63,745 nucleotides of DNA, filler included, from Octopus bimaculoides (GCF_001194135.2; 9 parts of 8 records of this genome joined end to end with filler, not necessarily neighbours in it), one strand, 5' to 3'; shown: positions 11,942 through 25,717, numbered from the whole stretch's first letter. Notes: a model not told the origin generated them from the sequence alone. Numbers and translations are program-made.

Positions 11942-12428
11942 GAGCGCCAACAAACATGGACAATAACAACAGCAGCAACAACAAAAAGACTACAGATATA
12001 AGAACGTTGAAGGGACATCTATGAGGATTGTGGGACTTAGATGCAAGATATAGCAGCCAAATCTACCTCAATTTACACCTTTGTAAAAGGTGGACGTAGA
12101 TAATTTCGCCCCCAACATGCAATATTCTTTAAATACAAAAAATAAAGTAATAAAAAACAACTAAAATGGACGTGTTAGTCATGGGTGGAATCATTTCAAC
12201 CATGTCTCAACTGCGTCGAGCTTGGTCCAGAGATGCAAAGTTTCAAGCATAACAGTAATACCGTTACTATGAACAGCATCAGCAGCAGCGTCCTCATCAT
12301 GTTTATTTTCGTCACCAGCATCACCAACAACACCAGCATCCTTTTCATTATCATCGCATTATCACGACGACGACGACGACTACCACAACCACCACCACCA
12401 CCATCATCATCATAATCATCATCCTCGA

Positions 12429-12467
<39 letters not shown>

Positions 12468-13082
12468 TATCATAACCCTCGTCGTTATTGCAAAATGATT
12501 ATTATGGAATTGTAATTAATATTTCCTCGAAGAATTCAATTGTCATACATGTCTGCGCGCGAATGCATGCATTCATGGGTGTTTGTGCTCCCCCCTCTCT
12601 CTCTCTCCGTCTCTGTCTTTCTCTGTCTCTCTCTCTCTCTCTTTCTCTCTCTCACACACATACACACACAATATATATATATATATATGTGTGTGTGTGT
12701 TCGTGTGTGTGTGAGCTCCTGCATACACAATTGTCTTCTGTGTATGTGCGATTGTTAAAATGGCGTATATTGTATCTGGGTATATTTAGCCTTTCTCGGT
12801 GTAAATATGTGTGTATACTTGTGTGTATATGTGTGTGTGTTTGTGTTTGTATGCGTGTGTGCGTTCGTGTGTGGTTTCTAACTCTGTTGGTTTTTGACGT
12901 GTTATAAGCTTTATTTTTCACGCATTATAAACATTTATATAACGCATTATCACAGTTAATAATTTATTTATAAGCAATTTTACCATTTTGTTTTATCTGA
13001 AAAACATTTCCTTATATTATTTACATTTGATTGTCGTATCCCTTTACATATATATACGTAGGTGTGTGTGTCTGTGTGTATA

Positions 13083-13120
<38 letters not shown>

Positions 13121-14984
13121 NNNNNNNNNNNNNNNNNNNNNNNNNNNNNNNNNNNNNNNNNNNNNNNNNNNNNNNNNNNNNNNNNNNNNNNNNNNNNNNN
13201 NNNNNNNNNNNNNNNNNNNNNNNNNNNNNNNNNNNNNNNNNNNNNNNNNNNNNNNNNNNNNNNNNNNNNNNNNNNNNNNNNNNNNNNNNNNNNNNNNNNN
13301 NNNNNNNNNNNNNNNNNNNNNNNNNNNNNNNNNNNNNNNNNNNNNNNNNNNNNNNNNNNNNNNNNNNNNNNNNNNNNNNNNNNNNNNNNNNNNNNNNNNN
13401 NNNNNNNNNNNNNNNNNNNNNNNNNNNNNNNNNNNNNNNNNNNNNNNNNNNNNNNNNNNNNNNNNNNNNNNNNNNNNNNNNNNNNNNNNNNNNNNNNNNN
13501 NNNNNNNNNNNNNNNNNNNNNNNNNNNNNNNNNNNNNNNNNNNNNNNNNNNNNNNNNNNNNNNNNNNNNNNNNNNNNNNNNNNNNNNNNNNNNNNNNNNN
13601 NNNNNNNNNNNNNNNNNNNNNNNNNNNNNNNNNNNNNNNNNNNNNNNNNNNNNNNNNNNNNNNNNNNNNNNNNNNNNNNNNNNNNNNNNNNNNNNNNNNN
13701 NNNNNNNNNNNNNNNNNNNNNNNNNNNNNNNTATATGAATGACCATGGTATTGCACCTAGTAAGTTCCCCTCCGAGTCAGAATTCCGGGCAAGGTTGTTT
13801 ATAATAAACTGATTTTCGTTCCCTTCTGTTTTGTTAATTATACTATCTCTTTATTCAGTCATTTATTTCACCTCATTACATAGTGAAAATTGAAAGGATA
13901 ACGAAAAACAATCTATGAAATCACACATTTAAGAAACCGTAGCGCGACAGTTCTCAAAAGACACATAGGAAAGAGATAGTGAGACGATCCAATTCCTCAC
14001 ATTATTGTGTGAAAGCCAACGTGTTATTAAACACTACATGTTGTAATTTCAGAGAGAGTAGGCTACTATTTCCAGCAGCCAGTTCTCCTTCAACCACTCA
14101 AAGAAATCCACAGTATGGCTCAACGTACTGTGGGTTTCATAAGATGCTTTTATTAAACAATATACAAGCTTAGTTCGTTAGTAAATTATCTCAGACAGGC
14201 CATCCATAGAAATGACATAAAGTTAGGTATTAAAGAAGTAATACTTATTACTCATTCCATTTGATATCCGATACCAGAGATTCACTATAACAAAAGTTTT
14301 ATGATCCGTCTGTGTTTTTATTGCAATATTTCATTACCACGGCCCACACTTATATATTCTATTCTTACCACGTTGTGTCTGTTGTCCTGGCCACGTTGCC
14401 ACGTTACCATATTTCAGACCGTCGTAACAACTTTGGAGTGTATGTTTATTTTTCCACAATTTAATTTTGCGTTTTAAATTTTTTCTGTGAAACAATAGGG
14501 TTTGTTAAAACTGAAATGTAGAATAGATATCCGTTTTCACCAACGTCACGTTGTTAGGTGACTATTATCGAGTTGTTATTAAAAACTTAAAGGGCGAGGA
14601 GCCAAATGAAAGAAATACATCCTTTACAAAGTCTCTAGACCTCTTAGGAAAGAACAGCCAAATCTGCAATAACTGACAATACATGAATGTGTTTAAAGGG
14701 GTGAGAGGAATGAAGTATGTATGCTGGGTGAAGAGTGAACCCAGCAGAAGCGAATAATTGAGTGCCCAGTAGAACTCTTACAAAAGGTTTGCTTCCTTGG
14801 CACGGCCAGAATAATTAGGTAAGTGAAAAGAACGGATTGCATGGTACCGTAGGTCTTCAGGTAGTGAGCCCGCTATGCATGCAAGACTCCAGGAGTTCCA
14901 ACAAAACCTGTGATAAAGAGAAAATAATAATGATAATGATAATAATAATGATAATAATAATAATAATGATAATAATAATAATAA

Positions 14985-15181
14985 TGGCAGAACTTTTGGG
15001 GGAGAGGATGAGTCGATTACATCGACCCCCAGTGTTCAACTGGCACTTGATTTGTCGACGCCGAAATGATCAAAGGCAAAGTCGACCTCGGCGGAATTTG
15101 AACTCAGAGCGTAAAAGAGAGACGAAATGTCGCTAAACATTTCGCCCGGCATGCTACCGATTCTGTCAGCTCGCCATCTTA
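14985..15181 (-). mobile_element. SINE family C embedded in (AAT)n
   Basis: Head, B-box and body present; (AAT)n on both sides. Confidence 0.85.
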
Positions 15182-15424
15182 ATAATACTACTACTACTAA
15201 TAATAATAACAATAATAGTTGTAATAATAATAATAATAATGATAATAATAATGATACAGCCGGGAAATGAAAAGCTTTCAACTTTGATGTAATACAGCAA
15301 CTGTTTTATGTTCCCTGTGGGGCACAGTGGATTTCTGCTGTTTTCCACAGACACGTTCATATGTCTGTTAATGCACGCATGTATGTATGTATGTACGGAT
15401 ATATATACATACATATACATATAC

Positions 15425-15514
<90 letters not shown>

Positions 15515-15697
15515 TTGAGTATATACATACACATACACGTACTTGTGTGCATAAGTGTGTATGTGGGTGCGTGAATGTGTTCCTGTGCTCATTTCTTTAT
15601 ATATGGATATGCGTGTTCGTAATTGTGTGTGTATATATATTACTAAACATTATTTGCTTGCATCTGTGCTCGTGTGTGATTCTGTATGTAGTTGTCT

Positions 15698-15739
<42 letters not shown>

Positions 15740-16149
15740 ATGTCTGTGTGTAAATGTCATATATACATGCTACATGTATCAATATATATGTGTGTGTGAC
15801 TGTGAGTGTGTGTATGTATGAGTGTGCATGTGTGTGCGTGCATGTTTATGAATATATGTACATATATGTACATATGTATACATATGTATATATATATGTA
15901 TATATATATATATGTACGTATGTATATATACATATATATATTTTATACACGTATATATGTGTAAGCATATGTGTGTATATGTGTGTATCTAAATATGCAT
16001 ATCTGCATATATGCATGTATATGTGCTCGTGTGCATATGTGTGCATGTTATAGGGAGATGGGGTTGGGGGAAGGGACGGTGTCGTTTTACGCGATTTATT
16101 AGTTCTGGTGTAAAATCGTCACCGCCCCCACCGCAAACTGCTCCACGTC

Positions 16150-16177
16150 TCCACCACCGCCCTGACCAACCACCACC

Positions 16178-16245
<68 letters not shown>

Positions 16246-16361
16246 AGATGATACCAACACTACAGCAATCACGTTGACAGAAAAAAATGTCAATAATTGG
16301 AAATTTAAGCGCGCAATATTGTCATGACGGTCCGCAGAAGTGATAACAACAACAACAACAA

Positions 16362-16400
<39 letters not shown>

Positions 16401-16947
16401 CGATGACGACGACAACAATGAGGAGTGCTATGTGGTCAATGACAACGGTGACAACACAAGCAATGAAAACGTTTACGATAGCAGCAACAACAACAACAAC
16501 AACAACAGGAGTACGAATAATTGTGGTAGTAGTATGGACAATAACAACAGCAGCAACAATATTAAGGCAAGGAAGTGACAGCAGCAACAGCAACAGCAAC
16601 AACTTCGATAATGTCATCAATAGTAACAAGTATAACAGCAATTGCAACACGGACGTCAATGTGAACAGCTACAACAACGACAACAAGAAGAAAAATGTTT
16701 ATATGTGGAATGACATTGCCGACACGTGCAGCAGCATGGATGTGAGCAACACTGACTGGAATGAATAAGAAACGTGGGAGAAGAGGGAAGAAGAAGAAGA
16801 AGAAAGGAGGAGGAGAAGAAGAAGAAGAAGAAGAAGGAGGAGGAGGAGGAGGAGAAGAAGGAGGAGGAGGAGAAGAAGAGGAAGAAGAAGAAGACGAAGA
16901 AGAAGAAGAAAAAGAAGAAAAAGAAGAAGAAGAAAAGAGAAGATGAA

Positions 16948-16978
<31 letters not shown>

Positions 16979-16993
16979 AAGAAGAAGAAGAAG

Positions 16994-17042
<49 letters not shown>

Positions 17043-17055
17043 TGATGATGATGAT
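16150..17055. repeat. Long compound trinucleotide region (CAC, TAC, CAA, CAG, GAA, GGA, TAA, GAT)
   Basis: Directly visible. Confidence 0.95.
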
Positions 17056-17434
17056 GGTTTTAAATTTTACCACATGGGCAGCATTTTGGGGGAGGGGATG
17101 AGTCGATAACATCGACCCCCCAGAGTTCAAATGGTATTTATTTATTTCATCAACACCGATGAATACCCAAAACAAATTCCGCAAATAATGGTTGTTGATG
17201 CTCTAAAGATCAGAACAACTCACCGCAAGAATTTAAGTGTGAGGTTGAGCGTTAAATGTTTGTGTTATTTGCTTTCGTGACGGAAGTAAGATGGCAGACG
17301 TACGGGCGGCAAAGACCCTCACAACCGAAAGGTTCATTCATAACTACTTCCGATGTTTCTCTGCCTAAACTCCGGCGCACTCATAACTATAGCATTATAT
17401 ATCCATATCCATACATACATGCATATATACATAA

Positions 17435-17465
<31 letters not shown>

Positions 17466-17470
17466 CACAC

Positions 17471-17934
17471 ACACACGAGGGGTGTTTATTAAAGATTTCC
17501 TCTGACTCACTTCAGGTTATTGTAGGAAACAGAACTTGTATAATCATACGTGTTTCTACCTGTCGTGTTGTAAATTGCAGCTTCCTTCTCGTATTCGTTT
17601 GTCTTTTACGGCTGCTGAAGCGGACTAAGGAGTCATAATGGAGGCAGTTGAATGCAGATCAATGATCAGGTTCTTAAAAATAAAGAGTTGTCCACCAAAA
17701 GAGGTTTTCGATGAAATGAAAGATGTTTATGGTGACGGTGCACCATCATACGACATAGTCAAGCACTGGCATCGCCAGTTAAAATGCGGTTGGACATCGG
17801 TGGAAACTGCTCCTATTCCTGGACGACCACAGTCTGTCATTGATGATAACACTATCTATAAAGTTGAAACCGCGATTTCGGAGGATCACCGCATAACTAT
17901 TCGGCAACTAGTCCAAGAATTGAAGACAAGCGTG
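17471..17934 (+). mobile_element. Mariner 5' end: TIR plus transposase HTH region, truncated by microsatellite
   Basis: TIR-like ACGAGGGGTGT; MEAVECRSMIRFLKIK...APSYDIVKHWHRQLKCGWTSVETAPIPGRPQS...ISEDHRITIRQLVQEL. Confidence 0.85.
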
Positions 17935-18138
17935 TCTCTCTCTGTGTGTGTATGTGTGTGTATGTATGTATGTATGTATGTATGTATGTATGTATGTATG
18001 TGTATGTGTGTGTGTGTGTATGAGAATGGTGCGAAATTGTGCGGTATTTTGGTTGCTAACTGATGAGGGATGACCTTGTTTTATGTTTAGATTTTTGCCG
18101 TATCTTCCTTTACCGATCATCTATGCAACGAAATTTTA

Positions 18139-18173
<35 letters not shown>

Positions 18174-18177
18174 CATA

Positions 18178-18218
<41 letters not shown>

Positions 18219-18859
18219 GCATATATATACATGTATGTATGTATAAAAACAATGTCCGTTGAAATTATCGCTTGTAGTAATAACGCGACAAATACATAAT
18301 TCGAAATTTTTATTGCAAGGTAGTTGCGTTAAAGTCAATAGATCAGAGCTAAATTTATCAAGTTATCATTTTTTTAAAATTCCAGATAAAACTAAACATT
18401 ATTTCCAGTTTTTTTATTCGTTGAATAAATATATGCATTTGTATGTATTCGTGTGTGTTTATACGGGCATATGTGTGCATATGTGGGTATGAGTGTCCGT
18501 CGGATGCTTGTGAAATGTAAACATCACAGAGATAATCTTTTGAAATTTTCTGGAAAATATTTCATTTTGCTAGATTTATACGAGTTAAATGAGACAAACA
18601 ACGATAAAATCGAGTATATATTTCATCAATTTTATCTACACAAAGGTTGTATGTATAACATATCACAGATAAAAACCGTAACTATGGTTGTTTGTTTTTA
18701 GAAGACTTCCTAAATAATTCGATTTAGGAGAAGATCAATTGCACATGAATTTATATAAAAATTTCGCATACTGGTATTTAAAAGATCTAAATGAGGTCAT
18801 ATAGAGTTACTGAACAGAAGTATTACTGGTATCGATAAGATCAACATTTATTTGTTGGA

Positions 18860-19295
18860 GTGATAGTAGTAGTAGTGGTGGTGGTAGCGATGACAGCGGC
18901 GACGATGATAATCAGAAGAGGATGCGGAGGTGGTAAATGAGGAGGGAGATGAGGAGGATGAGGAGCTGAGTGAAGATGAGGACGAGTAGTATGAGGGGGA
19001 TGAGGAGGAGGGGGAAGAGGGTGATGAGGATTATAATGACGATGATGATGATTAAGGGGAGGGGGAGGAGGTGGATGAGAAGGATGAGGGGGATGAGGAT
19101 GATAAAGATGATGAGGATGATGAGGATGGAGATGAGGGGGCGGAAGATGAGGAGGTAGACGATGAAGAAGATGATGATAATGGTGATGACGATGATGATG
19201 ATGATAGTGGTGGTGATGATGATGATGATGATGATAGTGATGGTGATGATGGTGGTGGTGATGATGATGGTGACGATGATGAAGATGCGGGGGAG
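18860..19295. repeat. Purine-rich (GAT/GAG/GGT)n compound microsatellite
   Basis: Directly visible. Confidence 0.9.
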
Positions 19296-19319
19296 GATGA
19301 TAGCGAATTATATGGACGC

Positions 19320-19630
19320 CCAACATTGACTGATATTTTATGTTATTCACCCTCCGATGGTTGCAAAGCGAAGCTGCCCTCGGTGAAATACGAACTCAGA
19401 ACGTAAAGAGGGCGAAAGCATTCAAACAATAATTGTTCCTAACATATTTACAAAGCGAGATATTTGAGGGGAAATGGAGGTGGACAGCGAATTAAATGGA
19501 TCTCTGCACTTGACTGTTGCTTTGATTAACCCGCAGATGGCTTAAAGGTACTGTTGACCTTGGCAGGATTTGAACTCAGATTATAATAAAGCGGAAATAA
19601 ATTGTGCAAGCCGTTTTCTCGGACGCTCTA
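19320..19630 (-). mobile_element. Two adjacent decayed SINE C fragments
   Basis: Two GTTCTGAGTTC/TCTGAGTTCAAAT B-box regions with C-type body. Confidence 0.55.
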
Positions 19631-20015
19631 CAGATTCTTAATATTGATTCTTCACCTTTTCTTCAAGCCTTTACTTTTTAATGTTTCAACTTCGAAACAC
19701 ACATTTAATCATATATTATTAACAAAAAAAAGAAGAAAAAAGAAAAAAAAAAGATTACCATTAGAAAACAACAACAATAACACAAATAACAACAATTATA
19801 ACGATAAAAAATAATAATATTGTTGTCGTTACTGTTAAAGGAGACATTTAAAGGAACATTAATTATTTTGTCAACCATTTTAAAACTAATAACCAAAGAA
19901 ATTAATTATTTGTTTTCTGGAAATTTTTTAGTTTGGAATTTGATCTGAGCGAAAGAAAGAAAGAAAGAGAGGAAGAAATGAAGAAGAGTGAAAATCGTAA
20001 AATTTTCTTCCTGAG

Positions 20016-20073
<58 letters not shown>

Positions 20074-20445
20074 NNNNNNNNNNNNNNNNNNNNNNNNNNN
20101 NNNNNNNNNNNNNNNNNNNNNNNNNNNNNNNNNNNNNNNNNNNNNNNNNNNNNNNNNNNNNNNNNNNNNNNNNNNNNNNNNNNNNNNNNNNNNNNNNNNN
20201 NNNNNNNNNNNNNNNNNNNNNNNNNNNNNNNNNNNNNNNNNNNNNNNNNNNNNNNNNNNNNNNNNNNNNNNNNNNNNNNNNNNNNNNNNNNNNNNNNNNN
20301 NNNNNNNNNNNNNNNNNNNNNNNNNNNNNNNNNNNNNNNNNNNNNTATATGTATGTATGTATGTATGTATGTATACACACACACATATATATATATACAG
20401 ACTCTCTCTCTCACGCACACATACATACACGTAGACACATATATG

Positions 20446-20476
<31 letters not shown>

Positions 20477-21094
20477 TATTTACACATGATTTTAGCTGAT
20501 ATGTAAACATGCCTCACGTTTGAGTACATATAAATGAATACACATGCATATAGATAGATATACAAATAGATGAACTCTTACGGTAATTGCATTTTTTGTA
20601 AATGGCGGGGGTTGTTTGGTGAAGCCTAATGTCGAAAATGTACGCGCAAACACACATACACACGCTTACGCGCACTTGTACACATACACATATATTTGTG
20701 TACACACACACACGTATGGGTGCATGCATGTATGTATGTATGTATGTATGTATGTATGTATACACAATTGAATAAATACACATCAGGTCAGGAAGTTTCA
20801 CCAAACAACCCCCAACGTTATAATGACAATCTGTAATAACGGTCGTAGGTCTTATAGCACCACTAGCGGCAGAAGCGGCATTAGTGCCTTTAATAGTATC
20901 TTTAGTAGTAGTAGTAGTAGAAGGAGGAAGAGGAGGAGGAGGAGGCGTTGTAGTAGTATGNNNNNNNNNNNNNNNNNNNNNNNNNNNNNNNNNNNNNNNN
21001 NNNNTTAATTAATTAANNNNNNNNNNNNNNNNNNNNNNNNNNNNNNNNNNNNNNNNNNNNTATATATATATACACATACATATATATATATATA

Positions 21095-21300
21095 TGGGAG
21101 AATGTACGAAAAAAACAACAACAGACGAGGACAGGTGGTGTAAACAACAAAAGGATGTATTAGTTTGACGCTCGGGAATACAGAAAGTCTTTAACGTTTC
21201 GAGCTACGCTCTTCAACAGAAAGAATATGGAGAAAACAAGGAGAAAAACACGGAGAAAAAAAAATTGAATAGTGTTTGGTCAACGATCTATCATGGCTTC
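21095..21300 (-). mobile_element. Penelope-like terminal repeat fragment carrying a hammerhead-like motif
   Basis: TCTTT-CTGTTGA-A-GAGC gta GCTC-GAAA-CGT-T-AAAGA at 21224-21188. Confidence 0.55.
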
Positions 21301-22261
21301 TGCGGACAGGAAGTTCAGAAAGTTTACGCAGGAGAGCTAAGAAAAAGGGGAGATAGTAAAGGAAAATATAAAGATGATAAAGGTAATAAAGGTTTACATA
21401 AGTGGAAAAGTTCAAAAGTTCAAAAGTTTTTTTAGATGTTGTGGTATATTGAGGCGATTATATATATATTGATCCACTACTCAGGAAGAGACTATTCTAG
21501 AGTACGTCCTGCCTTATCTTCAAAACGTAGAGTTAGAATAGAGGCATCTGATGAATAATTCCAAGTGGCTTTCTGTTTTCCTATGTGTTCGTTCCGTTGT
21601 CTGTAGTTCATTGTTCTAACGTCCTGTACCCTGATATGCATCTATATACACATGTAGATGAAAGTATATACATATATGTGTGTATACATGCATATATATT
21701 TTTTGTATTATATATATATATACATCATCATCATCATCATCATCATTATCGTTTAACATCCGCTTTCCATGCTAGCATGGGTTGGACGATTTGACANNNN
21801 NNNNNNNNNNNNNNNNNNNNNNNNNNNNNNNNNNNNNNNNNNNNNNNNNNNNNNNNNNNNNNNNNNNNNNNNNNNNNNNNNNNNNNNNNNNNNNNNNNNN
21901 NNNNNNNNNNNNNNNNNNNNNNNNNNNNNNNNNNNNNNNNNNNNNNNNNNNNNNNNNNNNNNNNNNNNNNNNNNNNNNNNNNNNNNNNNNNNNNNNNNAT
22001 CTGATGAATAATTCCAAGTGGCTTTCTGTTTTCCTATGTGTTCGTTCCGTTGTCTGTAGTTCATTGTTCTAACGTCCTGTACCCTGATATGCATCTATAT
22101 ACACATGTAGATGAAAGTATATACATATATGTGTGTATACATGCATATATATTTTTTGTATTATATATATATATACATCATCATCATCATCATCATCATT
22201 ATCGTTTAACATCCGCTTTCCATGCTAGCATGGGTTGGACGATTTGACATGTTTGTGTAAT

Positions 22262-22560
22262 GTGAAGGCACAATGGCCCAGTGGTTAAGGCAGCGGACTC
22301 ACAGTCGGAGGATTGCGGTTTCGATTCCCAGACTGGGCGTTGTGTGTGTTTATTGAGTGGAAACACCTAAAGCTCCACGAGGCTCCGACAAGGGGGTGGT
22401 GGCGACCCTTGTTGTGCTCTTTCGCCCCAACTTTCTCTCACTCTTTCTTCCTATTTCTTGAGTAAGGCTGCGATGGACTGGCGTCCCGTACAGCTGGGGG
22501 GAACACATACGCTATAGAAACCGGGAAACCGGGCCCATGAACCTGGCTAGGCTTTAAAAG
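22262..22560 (+). mobile_element. SINE with family-A head but a different 3' half
   Basis: A head (TGGCCCAGTGG, GGTTTCGATTCC), then GCTGCGATGGACTGGCGTCCCGTACAG...GAAACCGGG instead of the A tail. Confidence 0.75.
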
Positions 22561-23426
22561 GGTAAAAAAAAAAAAAAAATGTTAATTTCCCGAGCAGGAA
22601 ATTTGATCAGACCAACTGGAAACTTCATCACTGTAACCAACTGAGTGCCAGTTTATGAATGGGTTAGTTTCAAAAAGTAATTATAAGCATATTTATAAAT
22701 TATATCCTTAATAAATAATACTTTCCATGGCTGAGTGATTGTTTTGTAAGTTAAAAACATCTGTCGAATTTTTTCAACTGCCATCACAGATTACATACTT
22801 CTTCCATAATCATTTTCCAATTATTTTCAAATTTTGTATACCAGTTTAGTTTTCTGTGTCAATTATAAAATGAAATTCATTTTTGCCATAAATTTATAAA
22901 GAAAAAGTAAATAGCTTTTAAAGTTAGCAAATTGTAGCCAATTGAAAGCCACCATTATACATATGATCATAAATATCACATTAGTGGCTGTTTCCATAGT
23001 AACAAGCAAAGCTGTAGCCTGAATTGTTTCATTGTAACAAGGACGCTGTGTGTGACTGTGACACTTTCACCACCACAAGTTTCAACATAGCTAAAAATTG
23101 TCAAACTTTGAACCACTGTCGCATTTTTCTAAATTTTTTTTGGAAACTTGCATCAGTTTACCAAATTTGAAAATTTCCAATTCTGTGACAACTAAAAAGA
23201 TCCATCTGTTTGTTTATTGAACTTTGTTTTTCATGTTTTGAAAAATGTATTTGAGTGTGTGGGTTTGTATTTCTTTACAATTTTTTTAATGTAAGATATC
23301 AATGACATTGGTCGGATTCTCATCCTAAGCTATTCATAAGGCATTTGTGGGCCCATTAAAATCATTAAAATTGGTTGGATGGTGTGAGAGGAGTTAGAGT
23401 AACCCCAAACACACATACAGACAGAC

Positions 23427-23550
23427 ATTTATGTATATAGTCTAGTTACATTTATATATAGTCTATATACATTTATGTATATAGTCTATATACATCTATG
23501 TATATAGTCTATATACATTTATGTATATAGTCTATATACATTTATGTATA
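23427..23550. repeat. 23-bp minisatellite, about 5.5 copies
   Basis: Unit CATTTATGTATATAGTCTATATA. Confidence 0.85.
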
Positions 23551-24000
23551 TATTTCATAGTGAAATTAGAAGTACATTGAGAACTCTAACAAACTAGATT
23601 GAATTGTAATGCTTTGGATATTAGCCCCCACATGCTCTCTTTAGGTACCAACCATCCAAAATTTGTGTTAAAGCAGGGGAAGAAATAATTTCACATAGGC
23701 AATAATGATAAGTAAAATAATCTCTCTTTATCTCTCTCCAGCTAGGGTAGCCATGGATTCACCTTTTCAGTATGACACCTGTTATGGTCCCTCAATCACA
23801 TTTTCACACCCTTCACTACTATACCTCATTCAGTTGAGGAATTAAGGTGTCTTGTCTTGTGAGTAATTGGTTGGCACTGAGAAAGGCATCCAGTTACAGA
23901 AATTACATTGAAGCAGATATTGGAACTTGGTGCAGCCCTCTGGCTTGTCAGTTTCTGTCAAACCAGCCAAAGCATGACAGCATAGAAAAAGGGACATTAA

Positions 24001-24271
24001 CCCATAAACTGCTGGGATTTTGCTGTATGTAACACAAACTGCTGAGCCTATTTTGGGTAAAGTACTGCTTCGAGTGCATCATGTTTTCAAAAAATCATGT
24101 TTCTTAACACCTTCTGTGATTGGCTACACTGTTTCTGGGGTGAAAGGGTATCATGTGCATACATTATATGTCATCAAAATTAGGTCAGATCATGCCCTAC
24201 TTCCATGGCCACACACGTGGCCTGTCGCACTGTCGCGTTGGCCACTGAGGTGGCCTATCACAGTTTATGGG
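24001..24271. mobile_element. piggyBac-type MITE
   Basis: TIR CCCATAAACTG...CAGTTTATGGG flanked by TTAA at 23997-24000 and 24272-24275. Confidence 0.75.
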
Positions 24272-24394
24272 TTAAATGATGATGATGATGATGATGGTGA
24301 CGGTTTCTGTTGAAACACACTACCTTTGCTCAAATTAATTTTGAAAATAATTAAGAATTTAGTAAAGTAACCTTGCCATTATTAAGCTTGTGTG

Positions 24395-24630
24395 AAGGCA
24401 GCAAACTGGCAGAATTATTAGCATTCCAGGGAAAATGCTTAGCAGCATTTCATCCATCTTTATGTTCTGAGTTCAAATTCTGATGGGGTCAACTTTGCCT
24501 TTCATCCTTCCAAAATTGAATACCAGTTAAGCACAAGGGCTAGTATAATTGACAAGCTCTTTATCCTAAAATTTCATGCCTGTACATTAAATTTTTTTGG
24601 GGGTGGGGAAGGAGCAGAAAGGATTATTAA
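24395..24630 (+). mobile_element. SINE family C, CpG-depleted copy
   Basis: Colinear with C; CpGs changed to TpG/CpA. Confidence 0.75.
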
Positions 24631-24891
24631 GTCTGTGTTTGAAACATAAATATATGTGAAATTTCGATGGAAGATTTTGATTTAGATTATTTTAAAAAAG
24701 AAAGTTTGTACATAGATAGGATCAGGATCAATCTCAGGTGAGTCAGTGTCAAAAGGTTCAAGCAGTGAAGGAGAGGAAGAGATTTGGGACAATTTGTCCA
24801 TTGCTACTTTAGCATGTTGTCTACCATAGTATCTGTCGTCTATGCTGTGAAATGACTTGCCCCGTGTTAGGATTAGGGTTAGGTTTATGAG

Positions 24892-25268
24892 ATGTGGAGG
24901 TGCAATGGCCCACTGGTTAGGGCAGCGGACTCACGGTCATAGGATCGTGGTTTCGATTCCCAGATTGGGCATTGTGAGTGTTTATTGAGCGAAAACACCT
25001 AAAGCTCCACGAGGCTCTGGCAGGGGATGATGGCGAACCCTGCTGTACTCTTCCACCACAACTTTCTCTTAGTTCCTGTTTCTGATGTGCCTGTAATTCA
25101 AAGGGTCAGCCTTGTCACACTGTGTCACGCTGAATGTCCCCGAGAACTACGTTAAGGGTACACATGTCTGTGGAGTGCTCAGCCACTTGCACCTTAATTT
25201 CACGAGCAGGCTGTTCCATTAATCAGATCAACTGGAACCCTCGATGTCGTAAGTGACGGAGTGCCAAC
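24892..25268 (+). mobile_element. SINE family A, full length, 11-bp TSD
   Basis: TSD AGGTTTATGAG at 24881-24891 and 25269-25279. Confidence 0.9.
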
Positions 25269-25717
25269 AGGTTTATGAGTTAGGGGTTAGAGTTTTGAGT
25301 TAGGGTTAGACTGCACACTAAAGTGACACCATTTGTTTTTTGTTAACATCGATAGATGAAGGAGAACAAAAATGTATGCTTAGATAAGTAACTTTGTGAG
25401 TAGTGGTGGAATGGAAGTGGGTGAGAGTAATAGGTTTCTGTCAGAGAGGACTGGGTTGAGTAGAGAGCTAATGTTGGTCATGCCCTGAAGGGATTAGGTG
25501 TGTGAAAGTGGTTGAGTGTATGTGTTGAATAGAGAAAGCAAGTGAAAGTAGGGAAGGTGGAAGTAGTAGTAGTAGTAGTAGTAGGAGCAATTCAGGTAAT
25601 GTTAACATAACAGTGGTTACAAATGAACAGATGCAATATTGTCATAATACAATAATGTAACACTGGGACATGATGACATTCTTACTTTTTATCTGCAAAT
25701 AAGGTAATAAACAGAAA

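Noticed and set aside
13900-14620. Complex CpG-containing segment that may be a decayed transposon
   Set aside because: No reading frame or terminal structure could be assigned.
21540-22249. About 250-bp direct duplication either side of a gap
   Set aside because: Essentially identical copies abutting an N-gap indicate unmerged contig overlap.
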